Origin: Acidobacteriaceae bacterium
GTDB lineage: Bacteria; Acidobacteriota; Terriglobia; Terriglobales; Acidobacteriaceae
DNA: 44,277 bases
Direction of reading: 5' to 3'
NCBI GenBank assembly: GCA_040003205.1
Contig: JBDUDA010000001.1
Coordinates: forward strand, 1 to 44,277
Shown here: positions 9,701-18,146 of the stretch, one piece after another
Numbering within the stretch: the first letter of the stretch is position 1
Layout of the letters: every line of letters begins with the position of its first letter
Program-made: the position numbers and the translations under genes
The notes under the pieces: generated by a model
What the model was told of the DNA's origin: nothing
Seen by the model: only the letters and a program-made list of their open reading frames with translations
Database searches by the model: none

Positions 9701-10441
9701 TCGGTTTACCACGGCTTCACCGCAAATTTACGCAAGCGCTTCGAACATCACACCGAATTTCTTGCGTCTTACACCTGGTCGCATGCGATTGATGATTCGA
9801 CCGACTTGCAATCACCACTCGCGCCGCAAGACAGCTACTTCCCGGCTTTAGAGAGATCGAATTCAACATTCGATCAGCGCCACCGCTTCGTCTTCAGCGG
9901 AGTGTTTCAGAGCGGCAAGTTAAGTGGAGATAATTTCGCCAAGAAATTCTTGAGCAATTGGACGTTGGCGCCGATTCTCGAAATCGCCTCGGGACGTCCA
10001 TTCCTGATCATCACCGGCGATGACACGAACTTCCAGCTAGCCAGTAGCTCGGCGCGCCCCAGCATCGTCGCCGCCGGAGCTTCTCCTTCACCATGCGGGA
10101 CGCCAACCATCGCTTCCAAATTTTCACCTACAGGATTCTTGCAGGAGCCATGCTTCGTCCCCTATGCAACGCCGGGCGGTCCAGCTCCCACGCTGCTTGC
10201 ACTCGATGGCAATCTAGGACGCAACGCCGGCGTTTCTCCTTGGACAGTGTTCAGCGATCTTCGAGTTTCACGCCGAATCTACTTCTCGGAGCGCATCAGC
10301 ATGGACGCCATCGCCGATGTCTTCAACCTCCCGAACAAATTCAACGTTGCCGGGGTGAACGTTTTATGGACGAATGCAGGACAGCCGACGGCGGCGTATG
10401 ATCCACGGCAGTTTCAGTTTGCGCTGAAGGTGAATTGGTAG
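6758..10441 (+). CDS. TonB-dependent receptor with N-terminal carboxypeptidase-regulatory-like domain
   Basis: About 1227 aa. Signal peptide MKISRLVSLTLFVSLSGVLACAQS follows GGAAGGA. It has a CarboxypepD_reg-like beta-sandwich (GDLHVIVKDPRGATVTGATVTA), plug-like TNGRNYINF / NVDGGD, and a C-terminal beta-signal FQFALKVNW. Confidence 0.9.
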   Translation: MKISRLVSLTLFVSLSGVLACAQSVTTGDLHVIVKDPRGATVTGATVTASDKAQGFTRTASGDTEGDYRVLALPPGSYEVVTEAAGFAKFTANVTITVGQVAEVPVGLSVAGTQETVEVSSAAELVETQRSSTTDTIDQRRIDNLPTNGRNYINFALTDSQVLRDNAPSIGAAPTSGLNISGQRARSNLVNVDGGDAIDNSTNGVRSTVSQEAVREFQIITNSYAAEYGRAAGGVVNIITRSGSNQFHGDVYGYLRNRNFQAVNPFSNVSNPAYTRVQAGTAFGGPIKKNKTYYYFSYEITRRHETGFSSIGQNNYGLVPFDASPYFGAPAGTFDIQVTPQQAGFLANPGPVPLPVVQAYAFTAGAASGIALNGTYPASFAFLPPILVPAGLQQFPSSCNPALLGAGAYCTGLPGSFQTLNSQVGNFPVFEGTSLYSLRLDHNINNNNRLMLRGNVSPSTVTGIEVNGENQTFGQNAFSRTSQQTYRDVTGLLQETWAIGNNRVNEFRFQFSRRGLLYNFSSAAGGTDPAINIPGTAFFGREPYSFIQRTEKRYQATDNFSLAFGHHNTKFGVDFNYIPVDATFTVNYGGVYDFGSQTLFPSLPSFSPVQAYGLGLPGDFIQGIGNPHDTFINKAVGVFWQDSWRASPTLTLNYGLRYDIEFPPKFTPPNPLALAAYNQLGLQKGIQPDTHMFQPRLGLAWDPRGSGKSVLRASYGIFFDHPLLGLYFLGDASDGSKSGQLAFPGTGLCSNAPGGVNPANLNGIPIFQGNLTTAPQCAPGPPALLSLLGYQPNQQQFDAFLPNSLFINQNYITAGFPLAFQPFGYPQSKNFVYASSHQANLTFEQDLGGGLALSLAYNFNGGRHLNRPINANTSRGDLLVQNLRAAVAAGVNLPTDNPLLVSGCNVGPGGPYVPASLVNFFRPSGLNPSIANAFIAGGGAACVGLAQQVLQADGLNSKCDPTTLANCVPFGDMDANYSNGSSVYHGFTANLRKRFEHHTEFLASYTWSHAIDDSTDLQSPLAPQDSYFPALERSNSTFDQRHRFVFSGVFQSGKLSGDNFAKKFLSNWTLAPILEIASGRPFLIITGDDTNFQLASSSARPSIVAAGASPSPCGTPTIASKFSPTGFLQEPCFVPYATPGGPAPTLLALDGNLGRNAGVSPWTVFSDLRVSRRIYFSERISMDAIADVFNLPNKFNVAGVNVLWTNAGQPTAAYDPRQFQFALKVNW

Positions 10442-10470
10442 CTCCGGTTATCCGGGCCCGAGGAGGTTCG

Positions 10471-10890
10471 ATGAAGAAATTTCTGTTGGCATTCGTCACG
10501 GTCTTCGTCCTGACCGCTGGACTGAATTTTGTCGTTCACGGTGTCCTGCTGAAGTCGCTTTACCAGCAGAGTCCCCAGCTCGGCCGAGCTCCGGATGACG
10601 CTGCCAGTTATGCACCCTTCCTCATGGTCGGCTTTTTCTTCTTCACCTTGGGCTTTGTTTGGATCTACGCTCGCGGAATTGAGGCTAAGCCATGGATCGG
10701 ACAGGGCCTTCGTTACGGACTGGCGGTGTGGCTGATCGCCGCGGTCAGCCGCTATTTCATTTATTACGCAATTCAGCCTTGGCCTCTGCAAGTGGTGGTG
10801 GTGCAAATCGCATACGAGCTCGGGATGTTGCTTTTGCTAGGCGTGGCGGTGGCCTGGTTCTATCGTTCGGGCACGCGTGTTTCGCAGTAA
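10471..10890 (+). CDS. small integral membrane protein, family not recognised
   Basis: About 139 aa with 4 hydrophobic segments. ATG at 10471 is preceded by AGGAGG (10461-10466). The track ORF start at 10435 would overlap the receptor stop. Confidence 0.6.
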   Translation: MKKFLLAFVTVFVLTAGLNFVVHGVLLKSLYQQSPQLGRAPDDAASYAPFLMVGFFFFTLGFVWIYARGIEAKPWIGQGLRYGLAVWLIAAVSRYFIYYAIQPWPLQVVVVQIAYELGMLLLLGVAVAWFYRSGTRVSQ

Positions 10891-10902
10891 ACGAATCCCG
10901 GT

Positions 10903-10959
10903 TGTCATGTTGAGCGGACGGAGTCGCGCCAGCGACCGAGGGTAGTCGAAATATCCCTG
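10903..10959 (+). repeat. TGTCAT...CCCTAT element, long form, forward
   Basis: tgtcatgttgagcggacggagtcgcgccagcgaccgagggtagtcgaaatatccctg. Close copy of the element at 27770-27827. Confidence 0.85.
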
Positions 10960-10977
10960 CTGAGATTTCGTGGAGCC

Positions 10978-11039
10978 AATAGGGGTCCTTCGGCGCAAGA
11001 GTCATTCGCAAGCGAATGGCTCTTTTGCTCAGGATGACA
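10978..11039 (-). repeat. TGTCAT...CCCTAT element, long form, reverse
   Basis: aataggggtccttcggcgcaagagtcattcgcaagcgaatggctcttttgctcaggatgaca. The inner hairpin is agagtcattcgc/gcgaatggctct. Confidence 0.85.
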
Positions 11040-11278
11040 ACCTTATAGGAGACAATTCTCGGGCAGCGGGCACTTTGGCCTCTTCCGTGCTCTTAGGAGA
11101 GTTGCGGGGCAGACGCCTCCGGCTTCTGGCGTATCGAAGCTTGGCGTCGAGGTGATTCGTGGTCCTCTCCACCGTTGGTCGCCCGTCTCTTTCGGCCGTC
11201 TCAGACCCGGCGCGCCTTTCGGCCAGGCAAAAAAATATACCCGGGTGTGAAAGGTTTTTCACAGCCCTCCGGCTGGCA

Positions 11279-12280
11279 ATGCTGTCAGCGGCGTGTCTGT
11301 CAACGATATCAGGCTGGGCATCGGACGCCGGCGCCGGCATTCCCAATTCCGCCGAAGCACCTGTCGCCTCCATATCCATCAAGAAGAACAGCGAGTACGA
11401 CGTTGGCAGCATTGGACAGCGCGGCGTCGGCAAAGGCATGAATCTCTACTCCATAGAAAAGGAGCGTGCCCTAGGAGAAGCGATGGCGGCCATGATTGAC
11501 CGCAATACCAAGTTCGTCGCCGACCAGGAAGTTTTCGACTACGTCAATCGGCTGGGACGCAAGCTCGCGCGCAGCTCCGACGCAGAAGTACCTTTCACGA
11601 TCAGGGTGATTGACTCTCCGGACCTGAAGGTCTTTTCACTGCCAGGCGGCTTCCTCTATGTCGCCAAGGGCTTGATTATGGAGCTCGATAACGAGGCTGA
11701 ACTCGCCGGAATGATGGCTCACGAGATAGCACATGTGGCCGCGCGCCATGCGTCACGCACTGCAACGCGCAGATATGCCTGGAATATGGCGGCGATTCCG
11801 CTCGCGCAAGTGACTGGGCCCGCCGGATTAGGCGTGAAACAGATCGCGTCGCTGACATTCAAGAAAATCAGCCGCGACGCTGAAAACGAGGCCGATCTTC
11901 TGGGGATTGAATATCAATATACCGCCGGATACGATCCGCAGGCTTTTCTTGACGCGCTGGAGAAATTACACGCCAAAGAGGTCCAAAAGCGCACGGTCAT
12001 CGCCAAGGGGCTGCCTGCGCTCGGATTCATTGACAAGCTTCCGCTGCATGACCGGATCTCACGCGCCTTCTCGAATTATCCCGCGACCCAGGAGCGCATT
12101 GAGAGAGTACAAAGCGAGATTGCCACGCTTCTGCCCAGCCGCAATGAATACGTAACGGATTCGAGCGAGTTCCAGGACGTGAAGGCCAGGCTCGGACTCG
12201 CAGACCTTCCGATTCTGCACCATCACCACGCCGGGGATGGCGTTGCTAATCCACCGATTCTTCATCGAGGAGCACGATAA
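11279..12280 (+). CDS. M48-family zinc metallopeptidase
   Basis: HExxH motif (MAHEIAHVAARH) with downstream NEADLLGIEY. The start is uncertain: the ORF is open from 11159, and ATG 11279 gives a signal-like MLSAACLSTISGWA. Confidence 0.78.
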   Translation: MLSAACLSTISGWASDAGAGIPNSAEAPVASISIKKNSEYDVGSIGQRGVGKGMNLYSIEKERALGEAMAAMIDRNTKFVADQEVFDYVNRLGRKLARSSDAEVPFTIRVIDSPDLKVFSLPGGFLYVAKGLIMELDNEAELAGMMAHEIAHVAARHASRTATRRYAWNMAAIPLAQVTGPAGLGVKQIASLTFKKISRDAENEADLLGIEYQYTAGYDPQAFLDALEKLHAKEVQKRTVIAKGLPALGFIDKLPLHDRISRAFSNYPATQERIERVQSEIATLLPSRNEYVTDSSEFQDVKARLGLADLPILHHHHAGDGVANPPILHRGAR

Positions 12281-12472
12281 AAGCTGCCGAGGGTCACTGC
12301 CCCAGGTCCAAAATGCCGCTAAGTCGTTCCATCCACTAGAAGTTACCATCAGACATTGCCTTCGGTTACCTTGTTGGCCTTCCCATTCTGAAATTCAATG
12401 TGTGCAGCACAACCATTCAGCGAAAGCTGCGGAACCTTTGCTCCCCTGGGCCGTCCGGATAATTCATCGGAA

Positions 12473-13024
12473 ATGAGTGCGAATTTCAACTTGGAGGATA
12501 TATTGGTGCGAAATTTTATTGGATTTGCTCTATTGTTCGGAATGCTTTCGTTGGCCGCAGCCGCGCAGGAGAGTGCGCCAAAAGGGGAATTCTTCGGCGG
12601 CTATCAATACACAAAGTATGACGGTGGCACCAACGCAAATGGCTGGGACACAGCCGTCACCGGTAACCTGAACCGCTGGTTGGGCGTGACCGGAGACTTC
12701 AGCGGCGCTTACAACTCTCAGAACGGCGTCAGCTTTCACGATTACCTCTACACCGTTGGACCGGTAGTTTCTTTGCGGACCAACAAAGCCTTTACTCCCT
12801 ACGCTCACTTCCTTGCTGGTGGAAGCCGTGCGTCCTTCTCTGGATTGGGTTTAACGGGTTCGAATAGTGGATTTGCCATGATGTTCGGCGGTGGCGTTGA
12901 TATTGCCGCGACCCGGCATGTTGCCATTCGTGCGGCTCAGCTCGACTGGCTGTCCCTGCGTTCCAATGGCGTGAGCGACAACAACAACCTGCGCATCACG
13001 ACCGGACTCGTTTTCCGCTACTAG
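12473..13024 (+). CDS. outer-membrane beta-barrel protein (OMP_b-brl-like)
   Basis: Signal peptide ...FALLFGMLSLAAAAQE, alternating beta-strand pattern, C-terminal aromatic GLVFRY. The start is taken at ATG 12473, and the ORF is open from 12398. Confidence 0.7.
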   Translation: MSANFNLEDILVRNFIGFALLFGMLSLAAAAQESAPKGEFFGGYQYTKYDGGTNANGWDTAVTGNLNRWLGVTGDFSGAYNSQNGVSFHDYLYTVGPVVSLRTNKAFTPYAHFLAGGSRASFSGLGLTGSNSGFAMMFGGGVDIAATRHVAIRAAQLDWLSLRSNGVSDNNNLRITTGLVFRY

Positions 13025-13050
13025 TACTTTCGGTCAGGTATGACATTCAG

Positions 13051-13079
13051 GGGCGGCCAATCGGTCGCCCTTATTTTTT
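13051..13079 (+). terminator. intrinsic terminator after the OMP gene
   Basis: gggcggcc-aatc-ggtcgccc forms an 8-bp stem with one G:U, followed by ttatttttt. Confidence 0.75.
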
Positions 13080-13148
13080 GCTACCACCTGCGGTAAACTC
13101 CTTCTTCGTCTTTTTCCCCATCCTTGGCGCTTGCCGGAGTTTCTCTCA

Positions 13149-13811
13149 ATGTCTGAAACCCAAAACCCAACTACCCGCACACGTGTGGTCCGAGAGCCTG
13201 ACCGCGCCGTTTACGACCGCGCGGCTGCGTACCAAATTCTGGACGAAGGGTTCATCTGCCACGTCGGTTTCGCGCTCGATGGGCAGCCATACGTTATACC
13301 GACCAGCTACGGACGCAATGGCGATGACCTCTACATTCACGGCTCCGCCGCCAGTCGCATGCTACGGAACCTTGATAGCGGGATTCCGGTCTGTGTGACC
13401 GTCACGCTGTTGGATGGTTTGGTGCTGGCGCGCTCGATCTTTAATCACTCCATGAATTACCGGTCGGTGGTCATACTCGGGACCGCCACTGCGGTAAAAG
13501 ATCCGGCGGAAAAGCTGGAAGTTCTGCGGCTATTGTCCGAACACATTCTGCCGGGCCGCTGGGATGAGTCGCGCCAGCCTAACGAGAAAGAGCTGAAAGC
13601 CACGACGGCGCTGCGACTCCCTATCACAGAGTTTTCCGCAAAGGTTAGGCAAGGCCCTGTAGTAGATGACGAAGTGGACTACTCATTTCCGACTTGGGCC
13701 GGGATCGTGCCGCTCATTATGGAGACTGGAATTCCGGTTAACGATGCGAGGTTGGATCCCGCCATTGAAGTGCCAGAGTATGCGAAGAACTACTCACGGA
13801 AGAAGCGCTAG
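13149..13811 (+). CDS. pyridoxamine 5'-phosphate oxidase-family (FMN-binding split-barrel) protein
   Basis: About 220 aa, with the general shape of PNPOx-like flavin-binding proteins (GFALDGQPYVIPTSYGRNGDDLYIHGS...). ATG at 13149. Confidence 0.75.
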   Translation: MSETQNPTTRTRVVREPDRAVYDRAAAYQILDEGFICHVGFALDGQPYVIPTSYGRNGDDLYIHGSAASRMLRNLDSGIPVCVTVTLLDGLVLARSIFNHSMNYRSVVILGTATAVKDPAEKLEVLRLLSEHILPGRWDESRQPNEKELKATTALRLPITEFSAKVRQGPVVDDEVDYSFPTWAGIVPLIMETGIPVNDARLDPAIEVPEYAKNYSRKKR

Positions 13812-13878
13812 TCTTTTGGCTCCGGTGTGCTGTGTCCAATACCTCAGGGGTTGAAGCCCTCTTAAGGGAAGCTGGTGC

Positions 13879-13899
13879 GGCACGCCTTGAAGGCGTGCC
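13879..13899. terminator. hairpin between convergent genes (possible bidirectional terminator)
   Basis: ggcacgcc-ttgaa-ggcgtgcc is a perfect 8-bp stem. The flanking T/A tracts are weak. Confidence 0.4.
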
Positions 13900-13954
13900 C
13901 TTTCAAAGCAAAAGCGGGGGTCAAAGCAAAGCGAAGCCATATATCAAACGATAT

Positions 13955-14923
13955 TTATGGCAGCAGCAGCAGCTTTCCCGTGGTCTTTCTGCCTTCCAGA
14001 TCGCGATGCGCCTGCGCGGCCTGCGCTAATGGATACGTATGCTCCACTCGAAGTTTGACTTTACCGGAACCAATCATTCCCAGCACGGAACTGGCTCTCG
14101 CTTGCAGTTCCTCCGAAGTGGCAATGTGCGGCGCGAGCATCGGCCTCGCAAGAAACAGCGAGCCTTTGGTGGATAAAACGATGGGGTCGAAGGGAGCTAC
14201 GGCGCCGCTCGATCCGCCGAAGAGCACCATATAGCCGCGCGGGCGCAGAACGTTTAATCCCTTCTCGAAAGTATCTTTTCCGACGCCGTCGTAGACAACG
14301 TCCACTCCCTTGCCTCCTGTGAGCCGCTTGGTCTCAGCTTCAAAATCGGCCTTGGTATAAAAAATAATCTCGTCGGCACCGGCTTCTCGGGCCAGTTTTG
14401 CTTTCTCTTCGGTGGAGACGGTTCCGATCACGCGGGCTCCGATGTTGTGTGCCATTTGCACCAGCAACAAACCCACGCCTCCAGCCGCCGCATGAATGAG
14501 GGCAGTATCTCCACGCTTCAGCGGGAAAGTGTCATGGCTTAAATAGTGTGCAGTCATGCCTTGTAACATGGACGCAGCCGCGTCGCGGTCGCTGACGCTG
14601 CCGGGAATGCGCACCAGGCGGTCGGCCGGAGCTGCCACATACTCGACATACCCTCCCTGAATCCCGACCCACGCCACCCGGTCGCCTACCTTAACCGTTG
14701 TGACGTCGCTTCCCACGGCAGTGATGGTTCCTGCACCCTCCTGTCCTGCAATGAAGGGCAATGGCAGCTTGTAGCGGCCCTCGCGCTGATAGACGTCAAT
14801 AAAATTGACGCCCGCCGCGGCCACTTTTACAACGGCTTCATTTCCTTTGGGCTGTGGGATGGGTAGCTCCGCTATCTGGAGTACTTCCGGTCCGCCGGGC
14901 TGCTTTACCTGGATGGCTTTCAT
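13955..14923 (-). CDS. qor: NADPH:quinone oxidoreductase (zinc-type ADH superfamily)
   Basis: 322 aa. The sequence MKAIQV..PGGPEVL...VKVAAAGVNFIDVYQREGRY and AAGGVG nucleotide-binding motif are classic Qor features. Confidence 0.88.
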   Translation of the reverse strand: MKAIQVKQPGGPEVLQIAELPIPQPKGNEAVVKVAAAGVNFIDVYQREGRYKLPLPFIAGQEGAGTITAVGSDVTTVKVGDRVAWVGIQGGYVEYVAAPADRLVRIPGSVSDRDAAASMLQGMTAHYLSHDTFPLKRGDTALIHAAAGGVGLLLVQMAHNIGARVIGTVSTEEKAKLAREAGADEIIFYTKADFEAETKRLTGGKGVDVVYDGVGKDTFEKGLNVLRPRGYMVLFGGSSGAVAPFDPIVLSTKGSLFLARPMLAPHIATSEELQARASSVLGMIGSGKVKLRVEHTYPLAQAAQAHRDLEGRKTTGKLLLLP

Positions 14924-14949
14924 AGTGGTTTCGATAAGTACGGACGGCT

Positions 14950-15006
14950 ATAGGGATGTTTCGACTGCACTCGTCGCTTGCGCGACTCTTTCCGCTCAAC
15001 ATGACA
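14950..15006 (-). repeat. TGTCAT...CCCTAT element, long form, reverse
   Basis: atagggatgtttcgactgcactcgtcgcttgcgcgactctttccgctcaacatgaca. It lies in the divergent qor / transglycosylase region. Confidence 0.85.
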
Positions 15007-15054
15007 ATATTTATTTTTGGGTTTTTGAGCAAGCGGAGTTCGTTAAAGCCGCCC

Positions 15055-15119
15055 TGTCATCTTGAGCGGAGCATCTTTGCTCGCTCGCGAGCAGAGACGC
15101 GGAGTCGAAAGATCCCTAT
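15055..15119 (+). repeat. TGTCAT...CCCTAT element, long form, forward
   Basis: tgtcatcttgagcggagcatctttgctcgctcgcgagcagagacgcggagtcgaaagatccctat. Closing boxes are ATCTT/AAGAT. Confidence 0.85.
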
Positions 15120-15281
15120 GCCTGTTGTCTGACTTTTTTGCGGCCAGCGACCTTGTACCCAAAGTAACCGAGGCTAACCCTGAAACGGATTGACCCATCA
15201 AAATCAGGGTAGTAGCATTTAGTCTGCTGCCGCGTGCGCAGGCGAATCGAACGATAGAACTCGCAGTAAGTCGCAGACACT

Positions 15282-17234
15282 ATGAGAATTAGTGAACCCT
15301 ATCTTCGAATCGCTGGAATTGCCGCTTTGGCGCTCATCACCTCCGCTTGCCCGAGCGCGAAACACGCAGCTTCGTCGAAGCCTCCCAAGCAGGCTAATGC
15401 TCCTGCACTGACGACGGTGGCTGCAGCAAAGCCCCCGGCTAAAGCAGAAACAAAGGTGGCTTCGACTCAAGTTACGACGCCCACGCCGGTTCCGAAGGCG
15501 TCGCCGACTCCAGCGCCCGTTCCGCAGCAGAAACCCGAAGCGCGTCCAGATCCAGTTGCCGAATTGATTGCTAAAGTGGAGCAGGAATATCTTGCCGGGC
15601 AGGAAAACGAAAAAGCAGGCAAGCTCGACGCAGCCAACGAGAATTTCGATCATGCCTTTGATTTGTTGATGGGTAGTTCGGTGGAGATTGGCTCCGACGC
15701 GCGCTTACAAAAGGAATACGACCGCGTGCTCGAGGGCACCACCGGATTCGATCTCAATACCACCCACCAGGCGGAGGATTCCAACGAGCAGAAACCGGAG
15801 CCCGCGCCTATCGACGAAGCCAATGAGGTGACGGTTCCCGTAGATCCCAATATCAAGGCGAAAGCGGCAGCCGAACTTGCGGCCACGAAATCCGATTTAC
15901 CGCTGATGATGACCGATCAGGTCGCCAGCTATATCAGTTTCTATTCAACTCGCGGCAAAAGTACGCTGGAGCGCGCGCTGGTCCGCAGCGGCCGTTATCA
16001 GGAAATGATCCATCGAGTTTTGAAGGAAGAGGGAGTACCTCAGGACTTGATGTATCTGGCGCAAGCTGAATCAGGGTTTCATCCGCTGGCGCTGTCGCGA
16101 GCGGGAGCTCGCGGTATGTGGCAATTCATGGGCAGCAGGGCCAAGGGTTATGGTCTGCAGCGCAGCTACTGGGTTGACGAGCGCCAAGACCCCGAAAAAT
16201 CTACCCGCGCCGCAGCCCGTCATTTAAAAGATCTCTACAACCAGTTTGGAGACTGGTATCTCGCGATGGCAGCCTACAATTCGGGACCCGGCACCGTGCA
16301 GAGCGCCGTCAAGAGAACCGGTTACGCCGACTTCTGGGAGCTTTACCGCCGCAACGTGCTGCCGAAAGAGACGCGCAATTATGTCCCCATCATTGTGGCG
16401 GTCACGATCATCGCCAAGAATCCCGAGCAGTATGGGCTGGGCGACTTGGAGCTTGAGCGTCCCGTTTCGTACGATGCGGTTAAGATCAACTATTCCGTAG
16501 ATCTCCGCCTGGTTGCCCAGTGCGTGGATGCGCCCCCCGAAAGCTTGCAGGATTTAAATCCCAGTCTGTTGCGATTGACGACTCCGAAGAACCAAGAGTT
16601 CGAACTACACCTACCCGAAGGAAGCAAGGAAAAATATCTGAGTGCCATTGCGGCTATTCCTCCGGACCTGAGGGTTTGGTGGCGTTACCATACCGTCGCT
16701 GCCGGAGACACGCTGGCCTCAGTCTCGCGGACGTACCACGTCACTGCGCGCGCAGTCGTGCAGGCCAATAAGATGGAAATCGGCAACGAACTGGAAGCCG
16801 ACAACAAATTGATCATCCCGCTGGCGCCCGGCAAACTTTCCGGCGGAGACACGCAGGCTTATTCGCGCCGCATCACGCACTACAAGATTCGGCGAGGAGA
16901 TACGGTGCAGTCAGTGGCGGATACGGTTGGCGTTCCTCCCGTGATGGTGCGGAGGTGGAACCATCTTCGGGGCGAAAGCCTGGGCTCGCGACGTGTGCTG
17001 TATGTTCATCTCCCGGTCACTCCCGACCTGAGTGGGAATCGCGAACACGCTTCTAAAGCTAAACGTAGCAAGACTTTACCCTCTCGTGATTCGGCGCAAG
17101 TACGTCACAAAGTGAAACCCGGCGAAACTCTGTTTTCCATCGCAACTTCGTACAACACGACGGTTTCGGCCCTGAAGGAAAACAATTCGAATCTCGGCAT
17201 TCTCCGGCCCGGGATGATCCTTCTGATCCGCTAG
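15282..17234 (+). CDS. lytic murein transglycosylase (SLT domain) with three C-terminal LysM domains, MltD-like lipoprotein
   Basis: Lipobox LITSAC. SLT catalytic region LMYLAQAESGFHPLALSRAGARGMWQFM. Three LysM repeats are present (HTVAAGDTLASVSR..., YKIRRGDTVQSVAD..., HKVKPGETLFSIAT...). Confidence 0.85.
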   Translation: MRISEPYLRIAGIAALALITSACPSAKHAASSKPPKQANAPALTTVAAAKPPAKAETKVASTQVTTPTPVPKASPTPAPVPQQKPEARPDPVAELIAKVEQEYLAGQENEKAGKLDAANENFDHAFDLLMGSSVEIGSDARLQKEYDRVLEGTTGFDLNTTHQAEDSNEQKPEPAPIDEANEVTVPVDPNIKAKAAAELAATKSDLPLMMTDQVASYISFYSTRGKSTLERALVRSGRYQEMIHRVLKEEGVPQDLMYLAQAESGFHPLALSRAGARGMWQFMGSRAKGYGLQRSYWVDERQDPEKSTRAAARHLKDLYNQFGDWYLAMAAYNSGPGTVQSAVKRTGYADFWELYRRNVLPKETRNYVPIIVAVTIIAKNPEQYGLGDLELERPVSYDAVKINYSVDLRLVAQCVDAPPESLQDLNPSLLRLTTPKNQEFELHLPEGSKEKYLSAIAAIPPDLRVWWRYHTVAAGDTLASVSRTYHVTARAVVQANKMEIGNELEADNKLIIPLAPGKLSGGDTQAYSRRITHYKIRRGDTVQSVADTVGVPPVMVRRWNHLRGESLGSRRVLYVHLPVTPDLSGNREHASKAKRSKTLPSRDSAQVRHKVKPGETLFSIATSYNTTVSALKENNSNLGILRPGMILLIR

Positions 17235-17512
17235 TGGAGACTTAGCTGTTATCCCATCAAACGTGATTTTATTCCCGTGCGGAAACTTTCTCAGAACTTT
17301 TGGCAACCGCTGAGAGAAGAACCGATTCTCAAAAGCTCACTTAGTGTTAGTATGCAAACCGCGCTCGCGGCATCCTACAAATTGTTGTTGCATGCGGAAT
17401 GAGTTGTGATTAGTCTCATGCGGTTCAGCAGCGAGAACTTTAAGTTGTCTTTTTATTCCCTAGCGCAATCGAATTGCGCAGCCTCCGGCGGAGCCGGAAT
17501 TCAGGAGGAGAG

Positions 17513-17968
17513 ATGAGCTTTTTCGAAGAAACCCTGTATCTGCGGGAAGACGATAACGATGAATTCGGCGACAGCGGATCGTACGGCGATTCGATAGAAG
17601 AAGGGTACGAGGAAGAAGAGGAAGAGGAGGAAGAAGAAGAAGTGCCCGTGGGCGGACTGGAGCGAGCGCCTGTGAGCCCCCCGCCATCCCCTCCGTCTCA
17701 TTCGGGCGGTGGGTCGTCGAAACCTCCGGCTAAAAAGGCCCCGGCCAAGAAGACTCCAGCCAAGAAGGCCCCAGCCAGGAAGGCCCCAGCCAGGAAAAAA
17801 GCTCCGGCGAAGAAAAAGGCGGCAAAAAAGAAGGCCAGCAAAAAGCCTGTGGGAAAAAAGAAAGCCGCTGCGAAGAAGAAATCATCTGGTCGAAAGAGTT
17901 CGACCAGGAAAAAGTCAGCGCCCAGTAAGGCGAAGAAGTCCAGTCGCCGAAGCGGACGCCGAAGGTAA
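17513..17968 (+). CDS. bipolar acidic/basic protein with histone-H1-like AKKAPAKK repeat tail
   Basis: ATG 17513 is preceded by AGGAGGAG. The N-terminus is acidic (EEGYEEEEEEEEEEE) and the C-terminus is made of PAKKAPAKKTPAKKAPARK...KKKAAKKK repeats. Confidence 0.6.
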   Translation: MSFFEETLYLREDDNDEFGDSGSYGDSIEEGYEEEEEEEEEEEVPVGGLERAPVSPPPSPPSHSGGGSSKPPAKKAPAKKTPAKKAPARKAPARKKAPAKKKAAKKKASKKPVGKKKAAAKKKSSGRKSSTRKKSAPSKAKKSSRRSGRRR

Positions 17969-18000
17969 CTGACGCATTTTGTTTAGTTTAAGATTATGTT

Positions 18001-18034
18001 AAACCGCAGCTTCCGGCTGCGGTTTTCCCTTTTG
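18001..18034 (+). terminator. intrinsic terminator after the H1-like gene
   Basis: aaaccgcagc-ttccg-gctgcggttt forms a 10-bp stem followed by tcccttttg. Confidence 0.75.
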
Positions 18035-18146
18035 AGGATATTATTTGAGCAACGAGTTGGGCATTTAATTGCTTCTTAAAGCAGCGTGGCCCTCCCGTCC
18101 TTCATCTTAAATCCGTCGCAATTGCGACTCCACAAGTTCAACTAGC

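Noticed and set aside
17709-17972. An alternative-frame 87-aa ORF, and antisense ORFs (17460-17701), over the H1-like gene.
   Set aside because: These are frame artefacts of the AAG/GCC-rich repeat. The frame starting at 17513 has the strong RBS and a coherent acidic-head/basic-tail architecture.
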